Source of the DNA: Girardia tigrina | Taxonomy: Eukaryota | Direction: 5' to 3' | DNA length: 64,000 bases | Assembly: GCA_001938485.1 (NCBI GenBank) | Contig: MQRK01173881.1 | Location: 1-64,000 of the forward strand | In this document: positions 11,865-26,140 of the stretch, in pieces | How the letters are laid out: the number at the start of each line of letters is the position of its first letter | Numbering within the stretch: the first letter of the stretch is position 1 | Position numbers and translations under genes: made by a program | The notes under the pieces: model-generated | The model's input: only the letters and a program-made list of their open reading frames with translations | Databases searched by the model: none | Told to the model about the DNA's origin: nothing

Positions 11865-12787
11865 CTTCTCACAAAAGGTATTAAATGTGGCATTTCGATA
11901 ATATTATAAATTGTATTATTTTAATAATAATTAATTTAATTTTTTGAACTTAGAATATGATATCTGGAAAAAGAAAATAGATATTGTACAATAGTATAAC
12001 CCCCTTCAAAATAATTTTCGTCGACCGAGGAATCCGAAATCACGATTCCCATCCATATCCATTTTTTGGGGTATCAATGGGAATTACTAAACACTAATAC
12101 TAAATTATAATGGCACATATTTGCACTTAACTGTAGAAATAATTTAATAATTAAATTCTATATTTTTATATCGAATTTCGTTTTCATCATGATTCCATTT
12201 ATTTCCGTATATCACAACGAAACCCCGGATTACTAGTGGGATTGAGATAGAACTTACTCAATCGTTGCGACTCGTGTTATTCTGAATTTTACAATATTTT
12301 TAAAAAAATATTCTAAAAAAATGGCTTTTTGTATGGTAAAAACAAGTAAAAATAATATTTTTATAAAAAAAGAATAATTTCACTTATTAGAAATAATAAA
12401 ATTACGAACTAACATTAAACTACAAATTTCTTTATATTCGGTTTAAAACACGCGCTTTCATTTTCATTTAGTGATTTATTTAAACAACATCATTCAATTA
12501 TAATAAAACAATGACAATTAAACTCGAAAATTGTTTTATTTATTTTTCTCTCGAAATAATTCGATATTTTTCAATTCTTGAATATTGCATAAAATATTTT
12601 TAATTCAGTTTTTTTAAATCGTAAAAAAAAATCATAGCAACAAATAATATAATTTTTTTTACTTTATAATATTTTATCAAAAAATTTTCGTAAAAATAAT
12701 AATTTTTTCCCGATGAAAAAAACAAATAAAGAAACAATAAATAATTTGATTGAAATGAAAACTAATTTGAATGATTTGAATTTCTAT

Positions 12788-12948
12788 GGCGCAAAATTTG
12801 AGATATTTCATTGGTTATTGGATGCAGTTATTTCAAATATGATTTTGGTAACGTAATTCTCACTACGATAAAATTTTTGTTCTTCTCGAAATCACCAAAA
12901 ATAAAATTAAAAAAAACTCAAATATCAAACTGGAATAAATTCGTAAGT
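12788..12948 (+). promoter_or_regulatory. Candidate promoter (CDE/CHR-like plus two inverted CCAAT boxes) and non-coding first exon with donor
   Basis: GGCGC-AAAA-TTTGAG at 12788-12802; ATTGG at 12810 and 12817; C|GTAAGT at 12943; second donor GTGAGT at 13098. The region lacks recognisable transposons. Confidence 0.4.
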
Positions 12949-13649
12949 TTAATTTTTTATTTTTATTATTATTATTTAATTTTTAATTAAAATTTAATAC
13001 GTTTTCTATTATAAATTATTTTTCTGATTGCAAAATGATTTTTTTCTTTTTTATTTTATTAAATTATATCCTTGGGAAATTATTTTACCGGGAAAAAGTG
13101 AGTTTATTTTATTTTTAATTTTAATTAAATTTTATTTTTTTGGTTTTAATTATTGCGAAATCGATTGAAATATTTTAGAAAATTATTTTTAAAATATTTT
13201 AATTTTCAATTCGAATTATTTTATTTTTTTGTTTTGATTTTCTAATAATTATTATTTTTATTTTGTATTTGTGATTTAATTTATTTATATTTTTTTATTA
13301 TTGAAATTTTTCTTCTGTTTTTTATTTATTTTTTATCTTTAATTTTTTGTCGACTTAATGGAATAAATTTCTTATTTTTTTTGATTTCATAATATATTGA
13401 AATAAATATATATATATTTATTTCAATTAGAATTGCTTTAGTCAAAAAATTATGCTAATTATTTTAATTTTCTCTGCTTTTCAGTGAAATACAGTCTTGT
13501 CCTATCGAGAACATTTCATCATGATAGCAACTCGGTGTGTTTCTTTATATTTTTGAAGCTTCACATTACAACTATCATTTTAAAACAGGGCGATATATCT
13601 GCCACATATACACACCCATACGCACACTCATTGTAACACTCGCTCGCAT

Positions 13650-13900
13650 TCATCGACACACAAACTCACACAAGCGGGTCTTTTAAAAACCTATACGTAA
13701 CAGTGAAAACGACACACAAACTCACGCGCGTCTTTTTAAAACATTGATATAACATTGAAACAGACACACAAACTCAAACTCGCGCATCTTTTAAAAACTT
13801 CTATGTAACAGTGAAACAGACACACAAACTCCAACATACCCATCTTTTAAAGACATCGATGTAACGTTGAAAGAGACACACAGACACGGCGCACGCGCAC
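13650..13900 (+). repeat. ~55-bp minisatellite, 4-5 diverged units
   Basis: GACACACA(A/G)AC core at about 13655, 13711, 13763, 13819 and 13875. The first four units continue TCTTTTAAA...AAC(A/G)(G/T)TGAAA. Confidence 0.85.
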
Positions 13901-15578
13901 AATTAATTTTGATAATGAAACAGTGAATTCTGAAGTCTACCGCTCTCTCTGTTCATTAACTATACTGACTTGTTTTCATCGACTGGTTGAATAATAAATG
14001 TCATTTTATCAAATGATTACAAATAATAAAGACAACATATTATAACGATAGTACTTATTGAGGTATAATTAATATCACTTTTAGAAACTTAATGAATTTC
14101 ATTTTCTCTTACTGATAATAAAATATAAATACATAAATAAATATATAAAAATATATTAACTGTCATATTTCGCAAATCGCTTTTTTTTCTAGTTTTTTTT
14201 TCGTCCCCACTAATTTAATAGACCGATATATAATCTGGCGCTTCTTTTTTGTTAATGGACGTTTGTGTTAATAATAATGGTATTTTATCACTTGTTAAAT
14301 TAGACATGAGTTTTCTTTAAAAGAAAAAATTGATGTTTTATTATAATTATTTTTTTCGGTATTAATGTTTTTTTTAATTATAAATTTTTTTAAATAATAT
14401 TTTTTTTGTGAAAATTTAAATTTAATGAATTATTAATTAAGTTTAATTAAGTTTCATAATCAATTTAATCTGTTGATGTTTTATAAGTAATTTGAATGTT
14501 TTTTTGGATTAAAATTAACGAAATTTAATCCTGATTAATTGTTATTATTAAGTCTTGACAATGATTATATTATTTTTAATATTATTTTAATATTAATTGA
14601 TATTATTTAAGAGTACTTAAATTAAAAAAATTTTCTTAGTAATATTATCTTATGATGTGTTTCAATGATTTCCTTTATCATCATCTTCAATTATTTTAAT
14701 GAAGAATAAATTTATCAAAGAAATATTAAATTTATAGCAACATTATAAAGTATATTTTTTTTATCCGAATAGTAATTTACTTGAGTCTCTCGATTTATTT
14801 TGTCACTACATAATGTTTTATTTGTGATGGAAGTAAAATATATAAAAATATATAAAAAAATAATATTGGGAAGTTATTAAAAAATCAAATACAAGATTTG
14901 TACCAGACAAACAGACAGATGAAGCTTATATAAAAGCGTGTAAAAAGTTTTATTATTTTAAAATAAATAATAAATATTAACTTTTTGTTAAGATTCGCTA
15001 TTAAGATTCCTATTAAGTTTTTATTACCTCAATATAATAATAAATATATGCAATATATATTCGAGTTGTTAATACGAAGACAGAAAATGAACAGAAAATC
15101 AAAGAGTAAAATTTCATTGTTATAAAAAATGAATAAAAAACTGTAAAACGTATAAACATAGTCTAATTTATTGTTGTGTGTTCGGACTTTTACAGATTAT
15201 TCAAGATTTTTAAATATTTATCTAATTTATTAGCTAAGCTTAAGAAAACGATAACTTTTATAAAATAACTATAAACAAATATAATTGATAAATTACATTA
15301 TATTATAAAAATGCAATTTTAAAGTTTTAGTTTTAATTATTATTTTATTATTATTATTATTTATGTATTGTGTAAATTATCCATTTTTATACATTTTAAA
15401 AATGAAAATATTTTTGAAAGAGGATCTTATACATTGATTGAGAGTTGAAAAATTTGTTGTTTATAATAATGCCTAATATTTCGTTGATTAAACACATTGT
15501 TTAGACCACTTGCTTTAAACTTGCAGTATTAAGTTTTCATTTTAAAATGAGTAAAAACTGAAATTAATTTCGGAAATA

Positions 15579-17026
15579 TTGGGTGTACAACTAATTAATT
15601 TCGTATTTTTTTGTTAAAAAACCATTTATTTAAGTATAAAAGTGAAAAAATATTTTATTCAAAATATTGTCCATTGGAAGCGGCAACTTTTTCTCATCTG
15701 TCAGGCAATGTATGGATTCCATCCCAAAAAAAACTTCTCATCTTTTGCGCCGAGAAAGTCATCAAGCCATTTTTTAATACCTTCAACATTGGTGAACCGT
15801 ATTCCAGAAAGGTGATTCTGCATCGACCGAAACAAGTGGTAATCAGAAGGAGCTATGTCTGGGCTATAAGGCGGGTGAGGTAGAATTTCCCATCTGGCAT
15901 TTTCCAAATAATTTTTGACCGGTAATGCAACATGTGGCCGAGCATTGTCATGACGGAAAATCAATTTCTCGTGTCTGGTCGCCCATTCTGGCCGTTTTTC
16001 GGCTATTGCTTGCTTCAAACGTATCAATTGTTGCTTGTATAGCTCTCCCGTGATCGTCTGACCCGATTTTAACAGCTCATAGTACAGCACACCCTTCTGA
16101 TCCCACCAAATACAGAGCATTACCTTCAAACCATGAATATTCGGCTTTGGTGTCGATTTGGCTGGTTGGCCTGGCTTCACATATGATCTTTTACGCTTTG
16201 GGTTGTCGTAATGAATCCACTTTTCATCGCCAGTGACAATACGATGTAAAAACGGTTTCTTTGTTTCTTTTTTAAGCAGCATTTCAGACATGCAAAATCG
16301 TCTCTCAACGTCCCTCGGCTTCAATTCGTGTGGCACCCAATTTCCTTGTTTCTGAATGTATCCGGCTGCTTTTTAGAAAAAACGACGTTTAGAAATGGCT
16401 TGTTGAGTGACTTCCAATGTTTTTCCAAGTTCTTCTTGAGTTTGACATGGATCTTGATCGAGTAATGCCTCCAATTCTTTGTCTTCAAACTTTTTTGATG
16501 GACCTGATCGCTCTTTGTCTTCTGTGTCAAAATCGCCACTTTTAAATCGTGCAAACCACTGCTGACATACTCTAACCTCTGGAGCGTATTCAGGATAAGC
16601 TTCTGAGAGTAAACGATGTGCTTCTGTTGCACTTTTCCTTAAATTAAAGAACAAGAGCAAACCTCCCCGCAAATGCTGTTTTGTTGGAACGTAATTTGAC
16701 ATTTTGACTGTAATAAAAAAAATTTGTGTGTTTACTAAAATTCAATAAAATTGACTATTGACTACATAAACAGANNNNNNNNNNNNNNNNNNNNNNNNNN
16801 NNNNNNNNNNNNNNNNNNNNNNNNTTGGAACGTAATTTGACATTTTGACTGTAATAAAAAAAATTTGTGTGTTTACTAAAATTCAATAAAATTGACTATT
16901 GACTACATAAACAGATATGAGGTTAGTAACAAATTCGAAATGATGTAACAAATATGAAATGAGGTAACAAATACGAATATAAGGTTATTTCGTAACAAAT
17001 ACGAAATTAATTAGTTGTACACCTAA
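15579..17026 (-). mobile_element. Full-length mariner, mauritiana (Mos1)-like
   Basis: 30-bp TIRs TT(G/A)GGTGTACAACTAATTAATTTCGTATTT with TA on both sides. Length is inflated by a gap and a 91-bp assembly overlap. Confidence 0.95.
15655..16702 (-). pseudogene. mariner DD34D transposase with two frameshifts
   Basis: MSNYVPTKQHLR N-terminus, WVPHEL, TGDEKW, HDNARPH, YSPDIAPSDY, and ...NGQYFE stop. Confidence 0.95.
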
Positions 17027-17247
17027 TACATAATAATAATAATCAACATTGTTAATTACTGTTCCGTAGTTAAGGTTATACGGTTGTGAGAATTACAATT
17101 GTCTTTGAACCTTGATAAATCAATTGCTATTGACTGATCAAGCTTATAAATAAATGAGATAAATTTCAATATAAATATAACAAATAACTTCAAATGAAAC
17201 AAAAAAAATATTTTAGGAACTCGTTAACAATAAAACGTTAAAGATAA

Positions 17248-17663
17248 TGTGAGGAATGTTTTGAATTGTGTGTTGATATTGTGCATGTTGTATGTTGATT
17301 CGGATTGTGCCTCTCCTGCACAGATGGATGATTGGTATTTTCTTTGATTCTTACTAATTAAAAATAATTTAATTTAAATTTAAAGTAAAAAGATTTAAAT
17401 TAATTTTTGAATGTATTATTTATTTTTTTAATGTAATTTAAAATTTTAATATATTAATTTAATATGTTCTTTTTTTAAAAAATGTTTAGATTTAATTTTA
17501 ACCAATTAGATTCTTTATAATTAATAAGTTTTATTAACAGAGTTTCATTTATTGAAAACAATTAGTTTGAACTCAGAAATATATTGATCAAGAGAGATGT
17601 CAAATAGTGAATGCGCTTGTGATATTAATAAATGTTGTAAACCTCATATTGATGTTGTTAATA
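17248..17663 (+). mobile_element. 5' LTR (family A, diverged subfamily) followed by PBS TGGCG
   Basis: TGTGAGGAAT start, CAGATGG core, GTTGTTAATA end, then TGGCGG. Confidence 0.9.
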
Positions 17664-18680
17664 TGGCGGCCACAGCTCATGTGACAACAAACATTATGGG
17701 ACACGAAAAATTTGATGGATCCTAGTAGAAATTAGATGACTTCATAAAAAATTTCGAACGTTATGCGGATATTATGGGTATAACAGAAGATAGAAGATTA
17801 GTGATGGTGACGATCTTCATGACTCCATCAACAATCACAAAATTTTCAGAAGCAGATGGAAATACGTATAAAGAAAAGCTTAAAACGACATTTGTGAAAG
17901 AAAAATCTCTGCTTGACACAATGAAAGATATTTTAAATCTCCGGTGGGGATCTTCAGATCCAGAAGAAACGTTCAAAAAAGCCGAAGAATTAGTAACGAT
18001 ATTAACAGAAAGTAAACTTTCTAAGAAAAAGCTACTCAACCTTGTTTGCATGAATATGGTTAGGATTATTATATGGTTGACGATTATGAGGTGAAAAGAG
18101 AATTGAAATTGAGAGGAGCTACAGAAACAAAGGACACAAAAGATGTAGTTTCAAATATGTATGAACTACGCAAAATGGAAAAAGAAGAAACAGTTGCGGC
18201 ATACAATACGGTAGGTAAACATGATGAATGGAAAACGGTAGGTAAACGTAAACCACACTATATAGAACGCAACCAACAAAGAAATATCGAAAATAGGTAC
18301 ACTAATCAAAGAAATAATGAATAAAAACCGAGAAATAACTATTCAAAAGTAGTAAAATGCTGGGCATGCCACGAAGAAGGACACATCAGAAGAAACTGTC
18401 CAAATATAAAGTGTTCTTATTGCAATAAAAATGGCCATATCAGGATGCAATGCTACATGAACAAGAATAGATTTAAAGAAAGAGACCAATATGTCAGGAA
18501 AAATGAATGGCAAAGAACAAATAACCCACGAAATCAACAGAGGCATCAAAATCGAAGATATGATATTGTAGAAATGCATGATTAAAACGATTACAACGAA
18601 TATGAAGAAACACGATCAAATGAAGGATGTCATAAAATTTTGTGATTTTTACTGAACAAGAAAATTGGTCCGACAATAAT
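17597..18680 (+). pseudogene. gag: Family A gag, second diverged copy, truncated
   Basis: Homologous to 7876-9008 (GSSDP, AAYNT, CWACHEEGHIRRNC, CSYCNKNGHIRMQC). Several stops and frameshifts. Confidence 0.9.
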
Positions 18681-20442
18681 TGTAAGGAAAAAAATAGTCT
18701 AACTTAACTGAAACGACTAGGGTTTGACTCTCTTAGATTCCGAAGGTCCAAAAACCTGAATTTCGGTATATAGCTAGAGGTATGGGCTGGAAAAATAGTT
18801 TTTGTATTGATTATGATCGCTTGGGAAAATAATCCAAAAACGAATTTTGTTGAAGAAGATTATTTGAAATTAGCTAGCTGAATGACTTGAGGTGGTTGGT
18901 TTGTTTCCTTCTGTCATGATAAGTAGTTGCAATTTTTTTATTTATTCCTTTTTATCGATTTTTATATCAATATTTATATTGTAATAAATCTCAAATATTT
19001 ATTTATAATTATATTATTATTATATAAGGGCAGTAAAATCATCAATATATAGCAACAATAACTAAATATAAGTCAATGTTCCTTTAGTAATTATCCAATT
19101 TAATAATATTATGAACTTTTATTACTAGTTTTTGTTGAAATACAAATGTTTTGTTAAAAATGTAAATGATGTTTAATGTTTGATAATACTTATTACTATT
19201 ATTATTTATTAATAAATGAACATTTTATTACTAAGTAACGTATTTAACTGTACATTATTATATTTGATGCAATTTTCTATTCTGTCTGTGCATTGTTTTA
19301 ATTGTTTTCTGTATTCCACATTTTTTTACTTTTCAATGATGTCTCTCGAGAACAAATGCAAAATTTCTACCTGACGACTCTAATATGCTTTTGTCTTCGT
19401 TATATTCTTTTAAATAATAAACCGAAACTGAAAATACAACTATAAACTTCGGTTTCATCTCCGTATGGAATTACAGAAATAAAATTTGTACATTTGACGA
19501 TTAATAAACTTTAGACTATTGTTTTCAAACATCCAATTTAGGTCTAAATATCGGTTTTAGTTATCCTTTAAGTGTCTTTTCATTCCATCGCATTTATTTA
19601 TAGAAAGAGAATTTTAATTTTGAGATTTTACATGGTAAAAATTGTCTTAATAATGATTTTTTTTATAAATGTTTATAGAATATTTTTTATTATTTTTTCG
19701 ATTAAGTTTTATGACCTTCAACAGCCATATTTTTCAGTCATCCACATGAAATACCAGTTAAATACCATTTGTAAAAATGTAAAATAATAATTTCAAAAAA
19801 TTAAATTTTAATTTTAACTAATAAAAAGATTTAATAAAAGACTGGGTATTTCGAATTACATACTATGTGTTATGGAAATATACAATATAAAAATAATATA
19901 ACGAAATGAATATTTTAATAATTATTATCTTAGTAACATAAAAAAACTAGAAACGAAAAGCTTTATTCATTTTTTCAACATTAAGAATATCTAGAAATGA
20001 ATCATTTCATTCTATCTTTGATTACTGTCAAAGGAGGCTTAAATTTTATATTTAATTTATCTTTCAAATATTTTATTTTATTTTTTCAACACAGTTAAAA
20101 TAACTCCTAATGTCTCGCGCCTCCATGCAACCGTATTCCGTGGCAGTATTATCCCGGGGTGCCAATTTATCCACAATCATCCCTGATTGAATCTATAAAC
20201 ATCAACAGTTGACATTTCTTTTAAATAAACATGTTTAAAGTTTCACTTTCATACTTTTGGTTTATGATATTGAAGCTGAAAAAATAGTTTCACAAATAAA
20301 CTTAATGATTAAGTAAACAAAATTGATTTAGAATTAATTAATATTAAAATTTTAAATAAATTTGTATAAATTACCTCTAGAAAGACATAAAAAATTAAAC
20401 CGAATATATATAAATTATGAATCATAAGAATCGACTGGATTT

Positions 20443-20460
20443 TAATAATAATAATAAAAT

Positions 20461-20508
<48 letters not shown>
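20443..20508. repeat. (AAT)n microsatellite
   Basis: Direct read. Confidence 0.95.
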
Positions 20509-23500
20509 TACAAAAATTAAAATTAGGCTGTTATATGAATTTATTTAATAGGAAATTAAAAAAATAATAACTATTTTTTTAATATTAACATAACTTTGAT
20601 TATTTAAGAGTTTAAAGGGAAAATTAAACATTAAAATATTACATGTATATAAAAATTACTTTTATTTTTGAATAATTATTTCTAGTTTCACCTACGCACA
20701 ATCTTATAGTTTTATTCAACAGAATAATGTTGTATTCTGGTCACAACTTTGAAATACTAGGATCATTAACTTCCGGACCATGTTGAGATTTTAACTATTT
20801 TTCTACTGTTGAATGACTGTTTTATTTCCAAAAAAATGTTGTCATAGTTGTCTCCGTAAACCACTTTACTTGCACCCTTGAAAGTTGGTTTTCCTAAAAT
20901 AAATACTTTTCAGAAAACTGACACCGCTAAAAGAAAATTAAAACATTTACTAACTAAAAACCATGAAACTTTACAAGTTACATTCAAGTCAAGGTATTAT
21001 AAGGATATTTGTTGTTAAATTATAAAAAAATATTTTTTAACGAATTTTTAGATTATCATGTATTTTATAAAATAAAAAAAATGTGTTTTTTTTAATTTTA
21101 ATAAAATGTATACATTTTAAAATCTTTTAACTTTTTTCACCCCCTTAAATTCAGTTTACCCCCTTTGTTTAAAAATATAAAATATTTTTAACATCTATTT
21201 GAAATAAAGAATAATTTTTTATCATGACATAACGAAAACATAATTCAAGATAAAAATATTATAAAAAATATATTTTATCTTCTCCTAATTTTATGATTCA
21301 ATAAACTCTCACTCTTCATATTTCTTCTCGAAACTGTGTTTTATTTTTCAAACTCTAATGTCCAAGACAAAAAATATTTTTTTAATCCTTAAAAAAATAG
21401 AGAAAAATAAGGGAAAAAATAGTTACTGTTGTGTAAATGTTGTAAAAAAAATAATCAAAAAAAATTTTAACCAATAATTTAAATTTTCGCATGCGTTGGA
21501 CAAAAAACAAAATTTTTAATTTCTAAATAAAATTTAAGTACTAAGCGAAGAAAAAGGGGATGAAAAAATATTAAATATATACGGTAAGAGAAAACTTGAA
21601 AATAATTTTATGTTGAGTATAAATCGATAGAAACATATATAAGTTAAAAAGTATTTTCTTCTAGTTATTAAAAAAAGATGTTCAGAACAAAATATAAGGA
21701 AAAAAAATAAATTTGATTAAGAAATTTTAGCATAATATTTTTTTGTATTAAGAAATTGAGTTCAGAATATTATTAATATAAAAATGAAAATTATTTTTTA
21801 AAGCAAAAATTAAAAAGAAGATTTTAATTTCAAATATTTAAAAAATATTTTAAAAATGTGTAAATAATATTAAATTTATATTTTATATTACAAAAAAATG
21901 TTTCTTTACAATAATTAACTGAAAATATAAAATGAAAATAAAAATAAAATTTATATTCTTTGCAATTTATGTAAAAGATATTAATATTGCAAAATATATT
22001 CTAAAAATTGTGTTTAAATTAACCATTTCAAGAATTTTTCTTTAATATTTGCAATTCTACAGAATTTTTATATTTATTTTAGAATAAGATATTTTATGGA
22101 AGATTTTGTATTTAATATTAAAATATTATTACTTCAATATTCAACAAATCTGGGACAGTCCGCAATTTGAGATTGCTGTCCGATTAAAAATATTTTTTAT
22201 TATTGCAAATAGTTTTTATACAATGGAGATGAACTAACTTTTATAATTTTAAAATTATTGTTTTAAAAAAAAATCAATATTTATGTGTTCGCCCTATAAA
22301 TAGTTAGTATTATATACAGAATCAGTCCTTAAGAAGTTTGTAAATACGAGCAAGAAGGAATCTGGTGTCGCGTCCTCACCATCAAGCTAATGATTTTGGA
22401 AACATATTTTTTCTAATATATTCAAAGTTTTATTTTTCAATCTTTCTGAGTTATGTACGCACCTTAACTAAGTTTTAACATAGGATACGTTTTCTAAGTT
22501 ATTTGGTAAGAATAAAATTCGACACAGTCCACAAGTTTGATATACATTCAGATATTTCTAATATCATTTGAATGCGAAATGAGTGACTAGATTATGACAA
22601 TATGATACAAAGTTTTAAATAAATATTTTATTGTGCTGTATAAAAACTTTACAAAAATTATTAACATCAATGTAAATTTTCGTAAATTTCACGTATATGT
22701 TCCAAATATTCATAAGTTTTACGTCGATTTCCTTGATTTCTCTCAGAAATTCCATAGATCCTCCGTAGATGTCAAAATTACTTTGCTCCATGCACCAAAT
22801 GAGCTTACTGCAATACTTTATAAGTGTATTCCATAATCTGACTTGTTCAGAAGAAACGAATATTTAATGATGAACTATATGAACCTGACTGTATCAAGTG
22901 AGTCCAAGAGTATACACAACTCATGTAATCAAGTCATACCGTTCCTATATAGGTGATGCGTATGTATATGGGAGACCACAATTCAACAAAACTTAGCTCC
23001 TTCGCTAAACAAAAAAAAACTAGTAAAATTAGGACTATTCAGTGTGTGTAGCGATTGCAAAAATATATCTCTATGGTATTAATTTTTGCATTGTTCAAAG
23101 AGTACAGAAAAATCAAGAAAATTATTTTATTAACTTTACTTATACATTTTTTAAGTAACTTTTTTAAGAAAAAATGAAAAGTAACAAACGTTAACTATGT
23201 TAAGTAATATAAGCCTCTTCGACTAAACGAATAACTGAGTATTGTAGAGATTTAGTACCAGCATTGGCTTACAGGGTAGTGAGTCATAGACTCTGTATCT
23301 GGTAGAAACCATAAATAGATAAAACAGAACCTACTGACTTTCTCGCACGGCTTTGGATGCAAGAATGCGAGCTTTCAGTGCACGGGCACGCCTCGGTTTC
23401 CCAGTCAGAAAGGACCAGTCATAATCCATCGTACCGTGATTCTGTAGAGCTTTGGCTGTTTAAACACATTCAGTAATAAGGTCATTGCACTCTTCATATA

Positions 23501-24060
23501 GTAAATAAAACTCATATAAGTGAATGTATATAAAGTGATGTGAGGGATATATTTTTAGTTTTCATAGAAAAAGTTCGCATAAACCCATTTCTGAATTTCA
23601 TTAATAATAACAGTAATTTCAAAACTAAAATGAAAGATAATTATGATCATTCATTCTTATTTGTTGTTTTAAAAAGAATAAATGTAAAATATGAAACAGA
23701 ATGATACTAATATCACAATTACTTAACACAATATCAAATAGTTACTGAAAGGAGAAATACAAAGATAGTATAATCAAAGGTTTGATTTAAATAACTGCAA
23801 ATGTTACACATATAGGACCTCGCCAATTCTAAACGATACATTTTCTATTCTTCAACGAATTTCTATTCTCATTATGAGAAGTTGTATTTTGAATTATTCC
23901 TAATCAGACACTAAAACCAGTCCTAGATTAATATCCAAGATGGGAAAAGAAAGCAGTCTCAATATTAAATGTTTTCCATTAACTTTTAATTTTATTTTCC
24001 AATAAAATTAAATCATAGTTTAATTAAACACACAATGTTTCCTTTTATATTACCTTTAAA

Positions 24061-24063
<3 letters not shown>

Positions 24064-24096
<33 letters not shown>
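24064..24096. repeat. (TA)n microsatellite
   Basis: Direct read. Confidence 0.95.
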
Positions 24097-24099
<3 letters not shown>

Positions 24100-25319
24100 C
24101 ATTTATATTTTTCAGTATCCATCAGTTAATTTTCGATCAATTTAATATATTAAATATAAAATATTCCGAATTAAATATAATTTCTTCTTTTCTCTATTTA
24201 AATTTTCAAATCGTAATTGTGAATTCTAAATTTAACTAATTTTAAGATAAAGATTTCCATTTTCCAGATTATTAAGAAAAAGTCATTAAATTAGTGACCG
24301 TTATTATTAGTATAAAATAATAAAACTGTTATATTTTTAAACCTAAATTTCATGAACTATGTAGATAATCCAAAAAATGTTGACTAATCTTATATTATTT
24401 GTTTCATTTTGTTATGTGATTTAACCATGGCATCATCTCATAATATGTTTATGAAAGGGTATACCTTCAATCACAAATTTCTTTTGGGAAACCTAAGTTT
24501 AAGTTTATGTCAATTTATGAAACATAATAATTAATTATGAATAAATAAGAAAGTTTACTGTTTATTATGCTAATTTAAGTATTCGAATGTCGAATAACAA
24601 GAATGGACACCATTCTTTTATCCTTTTTTAATGGTTTTCTTATGGTTCCGGTCCCGTGTACTTAGCAAACTATCTTAATATGATATCAAAAAAATAGAGT
24701 ATTTTCCAAAAAATAATGTGTTACGTATCGAAATAAAACTTTTATCCATCATTTGAATCATTATTTTTGAGTGGAAATAATAAATAAGTTATTATTGTTG
24801 ATCATATATCTTCTGTCACTGGGTTACCATTTGACCCAAAGAAATTTTATACTAAAAGAGAATATTTTAATATAACTATTTGTTAATTATTCATATAATT
24901 TACTTTTCATTAAATCTTTCAGTCTTCTGGTACTCAAATTTGTACATTAAAATGTACATCGTGTATCCCAGTTTAGCAGAAACCTGCATAACTTAATAAA
25001 TACAAAATATTTTTCCTTCAATACTAATGACAATTTTTAATGTAATTAGTATATAATAATTTAGATTAAAAAACATTTCATGCGACAAAAATTACCTACA
25101 AAATTGATTGATCTACACCATGTACCTCATGATCGACAATGGCGCATATGTTATTTTTGCTAGTTTTGCTTTATTGTATGAATGTCCCTTGAAATATTTT
25201 ATACTTTGATTATGCATTTTTTGTATATATTCTTTTGTTGTTATGTATTATATATTGAATTTTCTTGCATCTAGTATAATAGTTATTTATTTTAATTACT
25301 TTTGTTATATATTGATAAA

Positions 25320-26140
25320 CATGGCACGAAGAACGGTGGGTTTGATTCAGAGGATGATGAAAGTTTAGCTGATGATTCTTATAACAACGAAGTAGACCAT
25401 TTGTCAAGTTATGAGGAAGAGGATGATGAAATTGGTGTTGGGATAGAAGGTAAAGGAGGTGACAACAATGAAGATATCAATTCAGAAGCAGGTGCAAACG
25501 ACCTGTCAAAAGATGGCCGCATTTGTAGGTCATCAAAACAAGTTTTATTTATTTTATTGGAGGGAGATGACCAATTCATAATATTTTGAGACGAACCAGA
25601 CTTGACATAGTACAGCATCCTCTGGAATGGATGCATTCAAACTGTTTTTCTCTCAAGCAATCATTGATGTAATTGTGCGAGAAATTAATTCAAGAGCACA
25701 TCATTCGATTATGGAATGGAACCAACAACATCCAGATTCTCTGAAAGTGTGGATAGATGTTGATTCAATCGAGATGTATTGATTCATTGGTTTTGTGATA
25801 TTGGCTGGGGCAACGCAAGCTCGAAAAACCTTTTTCTGAATTGTGGACCAAAAAAGCTGGATCTGTGAAACCAATGTTTATTTCTACTTTGAGTCGAAAT
25901 CGATTCAAGGAAATAAAACGTTTTCTTCGATTTGACGACTTGTTGACGTGTGATGTCAGGCAGCGAACTGATAAGTTGGCTGCTATTAGAAATGTTATTG
26001 ACCAGTTTACTCACAACTGCAGAACAATTATGAATCCATGTCCAGAGCTGATAATTTATGAACAGCTGCTAGCATTCAGAGGACTCTGTCCATTTAGGCA
26101 GTTTATTCCAAGTAAACTTTCCAAATATATCACGGGATTC
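25320..26140 (+). pseudogene. piggyBac (PGBD4-like) transposase remnant
   Basis: Acidic N-terminus, then LSRNRFKEIKRFLRFDD...DKLAAIR...EQLLAFRGLCPFRQFIPSK. Confidence 0.9.

Noticed and set aside
12200-12240. Helitron-like 3' ends (here and near 31700)
   Set aside because: CTAG is present but the hairpins are poor and no 5' end was identified.
13650-13900. CRISPR-like repeat-spacer appearance
   Set aside because: Eukaryotic context, no cas genes, degenerate repeats, and short, mutually similar spacers.
16684-16915. 91-bp direct duplication in the mariner
   Set aside because: It flanks a 50-N gap exactly, so it is an unmerged contig overlap.
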